Positions 13,014 through 27,165 of a stretch of 64,000 nt of DNA are shown here, one piece after another. Source of the stretch: Squalus acanthias (Eukaryota). The stretch lies in the NCBI GenBank assembly GCA_030390025.1, contig JASTWF010000332.1:62001-126000 (forward strand). The letters are read 5' to 3'. The notes beneath the pieces are model-generated. The model saw only the letters and a program-made list of their open reading frames with translations. It was not told the DNA's origin and made no database searches. Position 1 is the stretch's first letter, and each line of letters begins with the position of its first letter. The translations under genes were made by a program, and so were the position numbers.

Positions 13014-16000
13014 TTGGTCTGGCCTATATGTGACTCCAGACCCACAGCAATGTGGTTGACTCTTAACTGCCCTCTGAAATGGCCTAGCAAGTTCAGTTGT
13101 AACTAACCGCTATGAAACATAATAAGAATGAAACCGGATGGACCACCCGGCCTCGACCTCGGCACCGGCTACGGACAAGGCAATGGCACACCCAGCCCAG
13201 TCGACCCTGCAAAGCCCTCCTCACCAACATCTGGGGATGTGTGCCAAAATTGGGAGAGCTGTCCCACAGACTAGTCAAGCAACAGCCTGACATTGTCATA
13301 CTCATAGAATCATATCTTTCAGCCAATGTCCCAAACTCCTCCATCACCATCCCTGGGTATGACCTGTCCCACCGGCAGGATAGACCCACCAGGGGTGGCG
13401 GCACAGTGGTATACAGTCAGGAAGGAGTGGCCCTGGGAGTGCTCAATATTGATTCCGGACCCCATGAAGTCTCATGGCTTCAGGTCAAGCAAACCTCCTG
13501 CTGATTACCACCTACCGTCCTCCCTCAGCTGATGAATCAGTACTGCTCCATGTTGAACACCGCTTCGAAGAAGCACTGAGAGTAGCAAGGGCACAGAATG
13601 TACGCTGGGTGGGGGACTTCAATGTCCATCACCTAGAGTGGCTCAGTAGCACGACTACTGATCGAGCTGGCCGAGTCCTAAAGGAGATGACTGCCAGTCT
13701 GAGCCTGCGACAGGTGGTGAGAGAACCAACACGAGGGAAAAACCTACTTGACATCGTCCTCACCAATCTACCTGTCGCAGATGCATCTGTCCATGTCAGT
13801 ATTGGTAGCAGTGACCACCGCACATCATTGTGGAGACAAAGTCACATCTTCACACTGAGGACACCCTCCATCGTGTTGTGTGGCACTACCACCGTGCTAA
13901 ATGGGATAGATTCAGAACAGATCGAGCAGCTCAAAACTGGGCATCCATGAGGCGCTGTGGGACATCAGCAGCAGCAGAATTGTATTCCACCACAATCTGT
14001 AACCTCATGGCCCGGCATATCCCTCACTCTACCATTACCACCAAGCCAGAGGACCAACCCTGGTTCAATAAGGAGTGTAGAAAAGCATATCAGGAGCAGC
14101 ACCAGGCGTACCTAAAAATGAGGTGTCAACCTGGGGAAGCTGCAACACAGGACCACATGCATGAAAAAAGCGGAAGCAGCATGCTATAGACAGGACTAAG
14201 TGATCCCACAATCAACAGATCAGATCAAAGCTCTGCAGTCCTGCCACATCCAGTCGTGAATGGTGGTGGACCATTAAACAACTAATGGGAGGAGGGGGCT
14301 CCATGAATATCCCCATCCTCAATGATGGTGGAGCCCAGCACGTGAGTGCAAAAGACAAGGCTGAAGCGTTTGCAACCATCTTCAGCCAGAAGTGCTGAGT
14401 GGATGATCCATATCGGCCTATTCCTGAGGTCCCCACCATCACAGAAGCCAGTCTTCAGCCAATTCGATTCACTCCACGTGATATCAAGAAATGGCTGATC
14501 GCGCGGGATACAACAAAGGCTATGGGCCCTGACAACATTCCAGCTATCGTGCTGAAGACTTGTGCTCCAGAACTAGCCGCGCTTCTAGCCAAGCTGTTCC
14601 AGTACAGCTACAACACTGGCATCCATCCGACAATGTGGAAAACTGCCCAGGTATGTCCTATCCACAAAAAGCAGGACAAATCCAATCCGGCCAATTACTG
14701 CCCCATCAGTCTACTCTCAATCATCAGCAAAGTGATGGAAGGTGTCATCAACATTGCTATCAAGCGGCACTTACTCACCAAAAACCTGCTCACTGAAGCC
14801 CAGTTTGGGTTCCGCCAAGACCACTCGGCTCCCGACCTCATTACAGCCTTGGTCCAAACATGGACAAAGGAGCTGAATTCCAGAGGTGAGGTGAGAGTGA
14901 CTGCCTTTGACATCAAGGCAGTATTTGACAGAGTGTGGCATCAAGGAGCCCTAGTAAAACTGAATTCAATGGGAATCGGGGGGGAAAACTCTCCACTGGC
15001 TGGAGTCATACCTAGCACAAAGGAAGATGGTTGTGGTGGTTGAAGGTCAATCATCACACCCCCAGGACATCGCTGCAGGAGTTCCTCAGGCAGTGTCCTA
15101 GGCCCAACCATCTTCAGCTGCTTCATCGATGACCTTCCCTCCAACATAAGGTCAGAAATGGGGATGTTCGCTGATGACTGCACAGTGTTCAGCGCCATTC
15201 ACAACTTCTCAGATAATGAAGCAGTCCATGCCCGCATGCAACAAGACCTGGATGACATTCAGGCTTGGGCTGATAAGTGGCAGGTAACATTCGCACCACA
15301 GAAGTGCTAGGCAATGACTATCTCCAACAAGCGAGAGTCTAACCACCTCCCCATGATATTCAATGGCATTACCATCGCCGAATCCCCCACTATCAATATC
15401 CTGGGGGTCACCATTGACCAGAAACTTAACTGGACCAGCCACATAAATACTGTGGCAACAAGAACAGGTCAGAGGCTGAGTATTCTGCGGCGAGTGTCTC
15501 ACCTCCTGACTCCCCAAAGCCTTTCCACCATCTACAAGGCACAAGTAAGGAGGAGTGTGATGGAATACTCCCCACTTGCCTGGATGAGTGCAGCTCCAAC
15601 AACACTCGAAGCGCGACACCATCCAGGACAAAGCAGCCTGCTTGACTGGCACCCCATCCACCACCTTAATCATTCATTCCCTCCACCACCGGCGTACCGT
15701 GGCTGCAGTGTGTACCATCTACAAGATGCACTGCAACAACTCACCAAGGTTTCTTTGGCAGCACCTCCCAAACCCGCGACCTCTTCCACCTAGAAGGACA
15801 AGAGCAGCAGGCGTATGGGAACACCACCACCTCCAAGTTCCCCTCCAAGTCACACACCATCCTGACTTAGAAGTATATCGCCGTTCCTTCATCGTCGCTG
15901 GGTCAAAATCCTGGAACTCCCTCCCTAACAGCACTGTGGGAGTACCTTCACCACATGGACTGCAGCGGTTCAAGAAGGCAGCTCACCACCACCTTCTCAA

Positions 16001-16073
16001 GGGCAATTAGGGATGGGCAATAAATGCTGGCCTTGCCAGCGACACCCACATCCCATAAACGAATAAAAAAAAA
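13014..16073 (+). mobile_element. Near full-length non-LTR retrotransposon (AP endonuclease + RT), decayed; clade not assigned
   Basis: APE motifs (TNIWG, ILIESYL, GGGTVVY, YRPP, GDFNVHH, SDH). RT motifs (GPDNIP, PISLLSIISKVME, QFGFR, DIKAVFDRVWH, FADDC). A-rich 3' tail, with stops and frameshifts. Confidence 0.93.
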
Positions 16074-17444
16074 TCTCTGAGCCAGGCAGGTGCAGAGCAT
16101 TCAGAACCTTGTGATTCAAGTTCTGTGTATTTGACTGTGTTTTTATTGATGATTGATCAGCCAATTTGGTTCAGTAACCTGAAGGGGTAAGTCAGTCTGT
16201 TAGGTCTAAGGATTCTTCCCATTTGTCACCAGGTAACCCTGAAAGTCAATGCTCGATCAAGTAGGGTGGTCCTGGCTGGACAAGCAGTGAGAAGCTTATC
16301 TCCCACTTAAATGCACAGTTAAATTCCAGCAGTAACCCTATGCACATTTAGAGACTCGCAAGTCTTGGATCTGTTAGCCTGTACCTAAGCTCTGTAGACT
16401 TGGGTCCCTCTAAGCACTATGTATGGGGTGAATCAAAACTCTACCTGTATGGATTCCTCAATAACTCGATTTGGAGACTCTTGAGGCTGGTGATGGTTTT
16501 CTGTGCATGTCAGCTGCCCAGCTGACCAGAAATAAGGTGTAGGCTGGATGCGTCTAATGATCTTTATCAGTTCCTAATAATCCTGATATACAGTATTTTA
16601 ATATTATAGACATTCCTCCACCATGTCACTCGTGCACATTGTGCTCTGGACTCCAGCACCTCATTGCCACACTTTTCTCCCTCTTCAGCTCCCATATCCC
16701 TCCTGCAGTTTTTCAGCAAAATGTCCCTCTTGGCCTCCCTCCCACCACAAATCTTATCTCATGTCACAATCCTAGGCTGAGGTGTCTTCTGGGCGAGCCC
16801 AATGGAGTGCCTATTGCTCAATCTCCCAAAGCCTCCCAACTACCTCATTCCCCTTCCTTGTTGAATATCTCACCCAATTCATTTCACTGAGGTTAATCTC
16901 TCTAACCTCCTCTCTGGCCCTATTTCACTGTCTTTCGTTCTCTCTCTCCACCACCCCACCATCCGCACCCCCCCATGCAAGTGTGTCTTAAACCACTGGC
17001 CTGATCCATATCTCCCTCCAGAATGTTCAGTCCCTTGTCAACATTCTGTCCCTGGCCATATCTTGGTTGAACCTATTGATATTCTGAGACTAACTGAAAC
17101 CTGTCTAAGCAGCAGGGAGTCCATCACGCTCACAGAAGACACCCTGCCTGGCTACATGGTCCATGATGACCCTCTCTCTATCTGTCAGGGCCCATCTTTG
17201 TTTCTCCTTACTATGCCACCTTTTCTTTGAGCACCTCGCTTCCTTCTACCTCTCAAGTCCTTTTCTCCATCCAGCTCTCTCCTATTAAAAATGTAACTGG
17301 TATTCAGAACCTAGTGAGCAGAGTTCTGTGCATTTGGCTGTATTTTTGTTGGGTGAAAATGATGTCTGAACAGGACTGCAGTATAATTGGACCCTCAAGT
17401 ACATTTTACGCTGTTCTGCCTCCAGACTTCAGCTGAGCCATCAC

Positions 17445-17890
17445 ACTACTCTCGTCTCTGAGTCAGAAGATTTGGGGTTCATCGTCCCACTCCAAGACTT
17501 GAGCACAAAATCTAGGCTGACACTCCAGTGCAGTGCTGAGGGAGTGCTGCACTGCCGGAGGTGCAGTCTTTTGGATGAGACGTTAAACCGAGTCCCCATC
17601 TGCCCTCTCAGGTGGATGTAAAAGGTCCCATGGCACTATTTCATAGAAGAGCAGGGGAGTTCTCTCCGGTGTCCTAGCCAATATTTATCCCTCAATCAAC
17701 ATCACTAAAACAGATTATCTGGTCATTATCACATTGCTGTTTGTGGGACGTTGCTGTGCGCAAATTGGCTACCGTGTTTCCTACATTACAACAGTGACTA
17801 CACTTCAAATCGTACTTTATTGGCGGTAAAGAGCTTTGGGACGTCCTGAGCTCGTGAAAGGCGCTATATAAATGTAAATCTTTTCTTTCC
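17445..17890 (+). mobile_element. DeuSINE (SacSINE1/AmnSINE1-like), near full length
   Basis: tRNA-like head, Deu-domain-like core (gagggagtgctgcactg...gatgagacgttaaaccgag...cccatggcactatt) and L2-like tail (aaggcgctatataaatg). Confidence 0.8.
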
Positions 17891-19940
17891 TCTTTATTTT
17901 CCTTGCTGCTGACTCCCTCTGCTGGTTCGTGCACTGGAAGTACTCCCACTCAGCGAGGCCTTCCTCACGACATCCTCCACTCTTCTCAGACTTTCAACAA
18001 TGACAATCACCTCATAAATTAAACCACACCCCTTTTATTTTATATATTATTTACCAGCAATCGCGGCAACTCTTTAAATGTTGAACTATTGCAACCCACA
18101 ACAGAGTGGTCGGTGAACGAAGGATTTGCTTAAAGTCTCTTGCTGAAATTCCTTTACAGTATTAAACACAGATAGTAGATAGGAACCCGTTTCATACAGA
18201 ACCACTGGAGCCATTTCACTAGAAGTACTTGGCAACACTTAACTCAGGGTTGAGCACATTAGCGTTCGACTTTCTCCCTGGAGCTAGGCCCACAGTGTCA
18301 GCCAAGTGCACCTATGTTGCAGTTAAGTGCCCCCAAGTATTAGAAAGGCACCAAGTATTTAAAAAAAAGTCACAAATTAAATATAATTGAAGACTTTCAC
18401 CATCAGAGGCTGAATTAATAGATGCCAAATTATCCCGGCTTACAACCACAATTCTACTGACGCTCCCTCCTAATCACAGACTAGAAAATTCCTTTAAGCC
18501 AGCAGGATAAAAATATAATCAGCCCTCGTCATTCACCACACAAAGCAAAACAAAAAGATGTGGTGCACAATTCTTTGTAACCATTTCCATTTTAAAAGGG
18601 GTATTGCTGGAGAGACTCCCTTTTAAAATAAATTATAAAAGCATTACTTAAAGATGTTGCTTCTTCAAAAGTCATCCCCTCCACCCCCACACCAGGTCAA
18701 ATCCCCCAACAGTTGGTTGGTGCTGATGTGGCCCACTGAGTGCACATTCCAAGCATTCCTCGGTCCTTCTGAACATTTTCTCGGCCCACTCGAATCACTC
18801 CAGGCTGGTTTGGAGTGACGGTGATTTATAAAAGCTTTTCAAACAAATACAATTGGCTGGTGATGGGATAATAAACCTGCACACTCTGTGTACACAGATA
18901 AGCACTCACCCAGAACCAATATTCTTTCTAGTCAGACCTCAATTGCTTCTGAATGTTGTAAGCTCAATCACTGCATAAGCCATTCAATCAGCTTGGTCTA
19001 TGACTATTACTGCTAATGATTAATAAGTGCCATAAGTGATCCTGTACAACACCGCAAAGCTGCTATTATGTTGCAGTAAGACTCGTGCTACCCCGATCCT
19101 AGTGAATCCTGGCAAGTTTACTGGTGGGTGGTAACTGGTTGCTCGAGACCCAAGCGTCAAGAGCTGGCCCAATCGGCATGGGTCTTCGCGCAGCTTAAGA
19201 AACAGGCTTGCAGTGCAATGAGTCATACATTAACGCACGCATCTGCATTCAAGTAAATGGCATAACTCCTAACTTTTATCTGCTTGCATCATAGTAACAT
19301 GGGAACAGGAGTAGGCCATTCAGCCCCTCGTGCCTGCTCTGCCATTCAATCAGATCATGGCTCCATTTACCCGCCTTTCATCCAGATCACTTGATACCTT
19401 TACCAAGCGAAAACCTATTGACCTCAGTCGTGAAAGCATCAATTGTCACGGCATTCAAATCCTTTTGGGGAAGAGATTCCAAATTTTGACTAACTTTTGT
19501 GTGAAAAAGTGCTTTCTGATTTTGCTCCTGAATGGCCTAGCTCTAAAAAATAAATATTTATATATATATAATTACAATCTTAATATATTCACATTGACAC
19601 ATGATGTATGAACCAACTTGCCTTCAGTAAACAAGTTACAGGAAACAGTAAACAAGTTCATCATTTCTGCTGCGAATCTTCTGATCTCTGTAACATGCTG
19701 AAGGTAATCTCAGAGTACTCTGGCATCAACATAAGTCACAAGGTTCCACAATTTTCCAAATCGGATCCTTTCCTGTTGAGAGGTATTTTTGGGAACCCTG
19801 GAGTTCTGAAAATGAAAACGGATATACCCCAGTGTGCTTAGCAGAACTTAAAAAAAACACCTTCTGCTCTGTGACAGCTGCATTAACTGGGTTGCAACTA
19901 AACCAAAAAGGATACGAGACAAGGGTGGATTTAAACAACT

Positions 19941-21514
19941 GTGCCGCTAAATTCGGCTCCGTAGTGCCCGGTTTTTCAATGTTACAGGTACAGATTCGGG
20001 TCCAAAATGGCGTCTGAGGAGCACGCACACACTTCTGGTGCAGGCCGCGCTGGACGGCATTTTGGGTAGGTCGTTAGCGCAGGCGCCGGAGGTATGCAGA
20101 GTACACAGATCGTGCACACTGATTTGACGCCAGCGCTACTATTTTCAACCTCAACGCTACAGCTAACGCCCTCTCTTAAAGGCGCACAGCTAAACATACG
20201 TTCAGCAGCAGGAATGACCCCCCACCAGCGCTATTTAAAGAGATCATCAACAACTTTCAAATTAGTTGCTGATGATTTCTACTGGGTCTTGGTAAGTGTG
20301 TAGAAGTGTTTGGTGGTTTATTATCTTATTTGAAGTTGCTGAAGTCTCCAGCGAGTGGTGTGGCAGGTTACTTCAAGGCTTCTGCTCAGACCAGTTGCTC
20401 CCAGACATGGGTTCAATAGTTTGTATCCACCTTGTCCTGCAAGAGAGAGGGAAGTGTGTCAGCGAGTGTGGTGCAATGTGTTTGGGTGATGTGCCTTTGT
20501 CTGGAGGACCTCCTGTGAATATAGGACATCTCTCCTCCTATCCACCTCGTGCACTAGGGCCTCGAGTGCTGCATCAGAAAATCTGGGAGCCCTCTCAGTG
20601 CCATCTTTACTCTTCCTGTAGGTCACACACTCCTCTACAACGTCTTCCAGTACTTGCTGCAGCCAGAATGCACCTCCCCTTTAAGAGGTGCAGGCTGGCT
20701 TTAATTGGTGCTAGCCTCACACGAACTTGAGCCCCCTGCTGAGGAGTCATGGTTGAACAGCTGGCAGTGTGTGAAAGCTGTGAAAGATGTGGGCTGAGGC
20801 TTGCAGCAGTGCTAAGTGTGTGAGGGTGAGTTGAAGCTATGAATGTGAGGTATGAGTCGTGATTGATAGAGATTGTTGGTAGGTGAGTGAAGGGCAGAGG
20901 GGAGGTGGTGAATTGAATAGCGTCTGAACCTAGTGCTTCAGTTGTAACTATATGGCATTTGAAGATGAATTCACTGACCATGACCACTCATGTGAGGTCA
21001 TTAAACTTCTTGCAGCACTGCATCCAGTTCCTCGGGGATACACTGCTGGCATTGACCGTGACAGCTATCTGCTTCCCTTGCCTTCTCACAGTTTGTCTGG
21101 AGGACCTCCTAGCCCCCTGTGGATACAGGACATATGTCCACCTGTTGTACCAGGGCCTTGAGTGCTGCATCAGAAAATCTGGGAGCCCTCTCTCTGCCAT
21201 GTTACACCATCTTCACTCTTCCTGCAGGTCACACACTCCTCTACAACAACTTCCAGTACCTGCAGCAGCCAGAATGCACCTCCGCTTTAAGAGGTGCAGG
21301 CTGGCTTTAAGTAGTGCAGGCTAGCTTTAACTGGTGCTAGCCTCGCATGAGGAGTGTAGCCACGCAGCAGCGCGTTCAGCACTGAGCTGCACACCACAAT
21401 CATTATAATTAGCAGGCAGCATGCAGTTTGCGTGCTGCCTGCATTACTCGGAACGGGCGTAGGTTGATCGCGATCCCCGCACCTGTTTTCGGGGGCAATC
21501 AGATTTTGTGCCCC
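19941..21514. mobile_element. Internally deleted Harbinger element with duplicated Myb 5' remnants
   Basis: Minus-strand remnants PRNWMQCCKKFNDLT (20988-21200) and FSDAALEALVHEVDRRRDVLY (about 20520-20600). GC-rich ends, right terminus AGATTTTGTGCCCC; the left boundary is approximate. Confidence 0.7.
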
Positions 21515-23515
21515 AGTTATTTAATCACATTTTGCAAAATCAGAACTAAGCTGCCTTTCATTTCATGAAGAACATGAGTGACCGTCTTTATGAGAGAAAT
21601 TAAAAGTTGTCAATATTTTGGCATTGCCTGAATCTCCTTTTTATATTTCAGTATATTGAGATTGGAAAGGTGGAGGCTCTACATATTTGAAGATTCGAGA
21701 CAATGGGAAGCCATTGAACACATCCTGGAGCAGCTCACAGTTAGAATATGTTTCTAATCAATACACTCAATCAGCTATACAAAGTATAGTTGCTATGAAC
21801 TCTCACACTAAGGAAGAGGTTTCTCATTCAAGGTGGCAATTTTGATGGTATAATTGGTAGCTCAGCAAGCCAAACCGTGACACAGAGCTGAGGGAGGGGT
21901 CAGGGGTCAACTTTCGTCTCTCATTCCCTCTCACGGGAGAAGCCGAGTCTGAATCAGTGCAAGAGACAGAGAGGTCTTGCTTGCTAGTCAGCCAGAGGAA
22001 AGCGTAGAGGAAACAGGCAGAGATATGAATATGGATGGCCTGTAAAAGGAAAGGTTAGCGCCAGTCAGTTCAGGTACTGGTAACCAATGAGTGAGATTAG
22101 TCCATAACAGGGCCAGGGTCACATATTTCCTATTATTTTTAGTAGCAGTAGAGAATTTATTGAATCTTCCTGTGAAAAGTGTATTCCGCTGATTCATATA
22201 TTTCACACAAAATTAAAGCAGTTTGTTGCTTCACAATTGGTGTGGTTAACTAGGGTACTTTTTAATCCACCTTTCAAAAAGATAGGAGAATGCGTGTGTT
22301 AGACCATAGAATCCAGTAGACACAAGAAGGGGTTTTGAGATGAATCCCATGCCGTGCTATCATTTAACTGGATATTGGGCAGTGAAGGTGCTTTCCAGAT
22401 CATAGGGGATGCGAGGTCCATTTATGGGAGTGACGGATGATGCTGAACCAGACAGATTATCTACTGCAGACCCATAAATTTGGAAGGTCATCCTTCTCCA
22501 GAAGGCACTGACTTATGCTGGAGTACAGCATCACGGGTGACCCACCCAAGTGACCGTTCTTCAAGAGTGAGCACATCCAGTGTCTATTCAACCACGAGGG
22601 TAATCACAGCCGGGCCTAATCCTCTCAGCACCTGAAGCCCACACATACACCTTTTCAAGTGGACGGCAATTAGCAGTGCCGCCTTGCTTAATATCTCCCC
22701 TCTTATTCGAAGGGCAATGAGGCCATTGGTACTACTCTTTCCTGCTGCCCCTGCAAAAAGCAGCAGGTATTTTACTGTTGGAGGACCACCTCAACGGGCT
22801 CTCAGTGCAGCCAGCGCATCTAAATCAAAGTGGGATTTCATAGCACGACAGTTTCACCCCGAAGGTATGCTGCTGTGTGTTCGAATTCTACATAAAAACT
22901 GTGATTACAAAGGAACATTGATCTATGGTACACAGCAAAATACAGATTCTGTTTTCCAGCACCCTCATCCTTCATCTTAATTAACACAATAAGACAGCAC
23001 AAATCATAAAAAGCCTCGCGGACGTCAGAGTCTTTTTTTTAAAGTGACTAATAATGTTACTGAACAGGTTTGCATTGCCTTTAAGAGGGATTTACTGCAT
23101 CTGACAAGTTGGTTTCTGCAAGTCTTAATTCTGCTGATCCCAATTGGGGTATTTTGAAAAGTTGCCTTTTATCAAAGGCTGGCTTTTCAAACAGATGCTT
23201 TTATTATGTTTTAAGCTTGATGCATTTTCTTCCTAAATGTCAACATTCCTTAACTTTAAAAGCTAAGGTAGAAGTAATCAGTAACAGATTTCTGATCCAG
23301 CATGGATCACTCAGCAACTTTCTTCTCCATATTTCTTCAGATAACTTAACATCCTTCTGATGGTTAAATCACTCTGGAAATCGGTTATTCTTTGCCATTC
23401 AGTCTCCTTCAGTGGGACAACCTCTCGCACTGAACTAGCTTTCTTTTGATTTTTTGTTGTTCATGCATTGAATATTGGCAATAAAGTTAGGGGCTCTCAT
23501 GTCTAAATCTGATTA

Positions 23516-24510
23516 CATAGGATATACGGCACAGAAACAGGCCATTCAGCCCAACCAGTCCATGCCGGCGTTTATGCTCCACTCGAGCCGCCTCCCATCT
23601 TTCCTCATCTAACTCTATCAGCATAACCCTCTATTCCCTTCTCCCTCATATGCTTGTCTAGCCTCCCCTTAAATGCATCTATACTCTTCGCTTCAACCAC
23701 TCCCTGTGGTAGCGAGTTCCACATTCTCACCACTCTTTGGGTAAAGAAGTTTCTTCTGAATTCCCTATTGGCTTTCTTATATTGATGGCCTCTAGTTGTG
23801 CTCTTCCCACAAGTGGAAACATTCTCTCTGTATCCACTCTGTCAAAACCTTTCATAATTTTAAAGACCTCTATTAGGTCACGCCTCAGCCTTCTTTTTTC
23901 AAGAGAAAAGAGACCCAGCCTGTTCATCCTTTCCTGATATGTATACCCTCACATTTCTGGTATCATCCTTGTAAATCTTCTCTGCACCCTCTCCAGTGCC
24001 TCTATATCCTTTTTATAATATGGCGACCAGAACTGTATGCAGTACTCGAAGTGTGGTCTAACCAAGGTTCGATACAGGTTTAGCATAACTTCCCTACTTT
24101 TCAATTCTATCCCTCTAGAAATAAACCCTAGTGCTATTTTTATTGCCTTGCTAACCTGCGTTGCAACTTTTAGTGATCAGTGTATTTGTACTCCTAGATC
24201 CCTTTATTCCTCTACCCCACCAAGACTTGCACCCTTCAAGTGATAAGTGACCTCCCTATTCTTCCTACCAAAATGTAATACCTCACATTTATCTGTGTTG
24301 AACTTCATTTGCCAATTATATGCCCATTCTGAAAGTTTATTAATGTCCTCCTGTAACTTGTTGCAATCCTCCTCAGTATTGACTATCCCCCCCCAATTTG
24401 GTGTCATCTGCAAATTTAGAAATGGTGTTTTTGATTCCTACGTCTAAATCGTTAATATAAATTGTGAACAGCAGTGGTCCCAGCACAGATCCTTGTGGAA
24501 CACCACTAAC
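23516..24510 (-). mobile_element. CR1 LINE, 5'-truncated, second subfamily
   Basis: LQEDINKLSEWAYNWQMKFNTDKCEVLHFG and LGLFSLEKRRLRRDLIEVFKIMKG. The same tail type occurs at about 10453-10645 and 11394-11550. Confidence 0.92.
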
Positions 24511-25394
24511 CATTTAGTATTTAATCAAATAATAAAGATTTTGCCATTATCCCGATGAGACGTCACGGGCCACAAAATACTTAACATCATTGCAAAAACC
24601 GTAATGTGCGGTCCAGCGTGTTAGAACTTAAAACACACAGCACCATGAGTCGTAGGGACACAAGTCTGATCCCTCGCAACTTCACCAAGGTCCTTATTGT
24701 AGTCTTACACCTTATCTTAGTCGGTAAGGACTGGTGGGGGGAACAAACACTGTATTTCACACCTTAATTTATCGGGTTGGCACACATTGCCTACCCAGAA
24801 AGAGGATTGAGGATTACAGAAATATCAACAGATCCATTTGATTCCAATGGAAGCTAAAAAATAATAGATATTTTGGGTGGGGTGTGGGGAAAGAGTCCAT
24901 GATTGAGTTAGTCAAGATGGTCGGAGGAGCTTGCTTAATCACCGATTGGCCATTCTTCCAAGTATTGTTATGTTCTTAAGTTATGCTAAGTTTTTATACA
25001 ATAATGCATAGAATTCAGTACATTTTTCATACGGCCCTTTCACTTTAACAAAAAAGTGAAGGTCTTAAAGTGAAGCTTATGCCATAATACAAGATAATAA
25101 GATAACAATTAGGTGCGTGTGATGGGTTATAACACATTTCAGGGTTTAGAGAATGTCAAAACATAAGGCTGTGTGGATTTTAAATACAGTGCAAGTTATT
25201 TGCTTTTGAATCTCCAAGAACTGAACAATCAAATATTGAAATACTACAAGATGTTCCACTATTTATATTTGCTTTCTGTGAATTAAGAAATGTTTTATGG
25301 TTCTGTGTACATCTACAACATGCATGAAGATTAGAACCCAGAGTGGATATAGCCCCCTGCCCAATTAGAAGATGACACCATTTATAATGTGGAT

Positions 25395-25990
25395 TCTCAG
25401 ATGGACGTAAAAGATCCCATGGCACTATTTCAAAGAGAAGGGGAATTCTCCACAGTGTCCTGGCCAGTATTTATCACACAACCTCCATCACTAAAACAGG
25501 GGGAGGCCAGAACCAGGGGTCACAGTCTAAGGATAAGGGGTAAGCCATTTAGGACTGAGATGAGGAGGAAATTCTTTACCCAGAGAGTGGTGAACCTGTG
25601 GAATTCTCTACCACAGAAGGCAGTAGAGGCCAATTCATTAAATATATTCAAGAAGGAGTTAGATATATTTCTTAAGGCTAAAGGGATCAAGGGATATGGG
25701 GAGAAAGCAGGGACAGGGTACTGAATTTGGATGATCAGCCATGATCTCATTGAATGGCGGAGCAGGCTCGAGGGGCCGAATGGCCTACTCCTGCTCCTAT
25801 CTTCTATGTTTCTATGTTATCTGGTCATTGTCACCTTGCTATTTGTGGGTTCTTGCTGTGCATAAATTGGCTGCCGTGTTTCCTGCATTTCAGCAGTGAC
25901 TCGGCTTCAAAAGTACTTCATTGGCTGTGAAGCACTTTGGGGACGTCCGGAGGTCGTGAAAGGTGCTATATAAATGCAAGACTTTTCCTT
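25395..25990 (+). mobile_element. DeuSINE fragment interrupted by a CR1 3' end (25499-25817)
   Basis: SINE sequence breaks at aaaacag| and resumes at |ttatctggtc. The insert encodes RTRGHSLRIRGKPFRTEMRRKFFTQRVVNLWNSLP and ends tctatgtttctatg. Confidence 0.85.
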
Positions 25991-26770
25991 TTCATAAAGC
26001 AGTAACTTCTCCCATCGCTTGTCATAATCTTCCAATCATTCTCCTTCCATGATCCAAAGCCAGAATGTAAAACCGAACGATGATGCTTTAATGAATGGTG
26101 AATGCTGCTGATGGGAAGTGACATGAATCTTGTCATTCATGTGGAAATGACTTATGAAATAATACTGGGCGGCCTGCTGGTGGCGCTGTCCAGGGAGAGT
26201 ATAAATACTCAGGCATGGGCCCAGCTTGCTCAGGACATTCTTTAACAGGAACTAGTGAAGGACACAACTAGACCTCCATGTTGTAAAACAGCTGATTAAA
26301 GCTTTGTTTAACGCTTAGACCAAGTGCCTAGTAGTTTTCTTACATCAGGAAGTATAAACTCCAACAGCAGAATTCAAACGAGAACGCTCACAAAAGCAGC
26401 TGAGGGGGGTGAAGGAGGTGTACGGAAGACACAATCGAGCATACAGCGGGAAAATTTAGACATCAGAGTGTCTTCAACAACATAACACTCAAACTTAGAG
26501 GGGTGAAACTGGACATGGGCGGGAATGCAAAACAGGCTTTTGCGCCCATGATGGGACACACCCAATATTCTACTGAAGACAATGGAACTGAATATCGGGC
26601 GGGCCGTAACAGGTGGGCGATACGATACCACCCGTTTTGCTTCCCTGAGTGTACAATCTCACCCCAAGACCTGTTTTTCCAATGCTACAGGGGAGAAACA
26701 TGCTCTTTAACTGATAGATGGAGGGAGAGGTTAAGAGAAATTGTTGATGCAGAGGGTTGTTAGGCAATGG

Positions 26771-27165
26771 ATACGGTAGCATAGTGGTTATGTTACTGAA
26801 CTAGTAATCCAAAAGCCTGGACTAATGATCCGGAAACCCACCACAGGCAGCTGGGGAATTTAAATTCAGTTAATTAAATAAATCTGGAATAAAAAGATAG
26901 TTTCATGGTCACCATTACTGATACTATCAGAGTGTCGTAAAAACCCATCTGGTTCACTAACGTCCTTTTGGGAAGGAAATCTGCTGTCCTTACCCGGTCT
27001 GGCCTATATGTGACTCCAGACCCACAGCAATGTTGTTGACTCTTAACTGCCCTCTGCGGTTCAAGGTGGCGGCTCAGCACCACCATCTCAAGGGCAATTA
27101 GGGATGGGCAATAAATGCCAGCCTTGCCAGCAATGCCCACATCCCACGAACAATTTTTTTTTAAA
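26771..27165 (+). mobile_element. tRNA-headed bipartite SINE sharing 5' and 3' segments with the 13014 LINE
   Basis: A-box-like GGTAGCATAGTGG. 26995-27056 matches LINE 13014-13076, and 27056-27150 matches LINE 15965-16060. Inserted in a CR1 tail with AATGGA on both sides. Confidence 0.8.
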
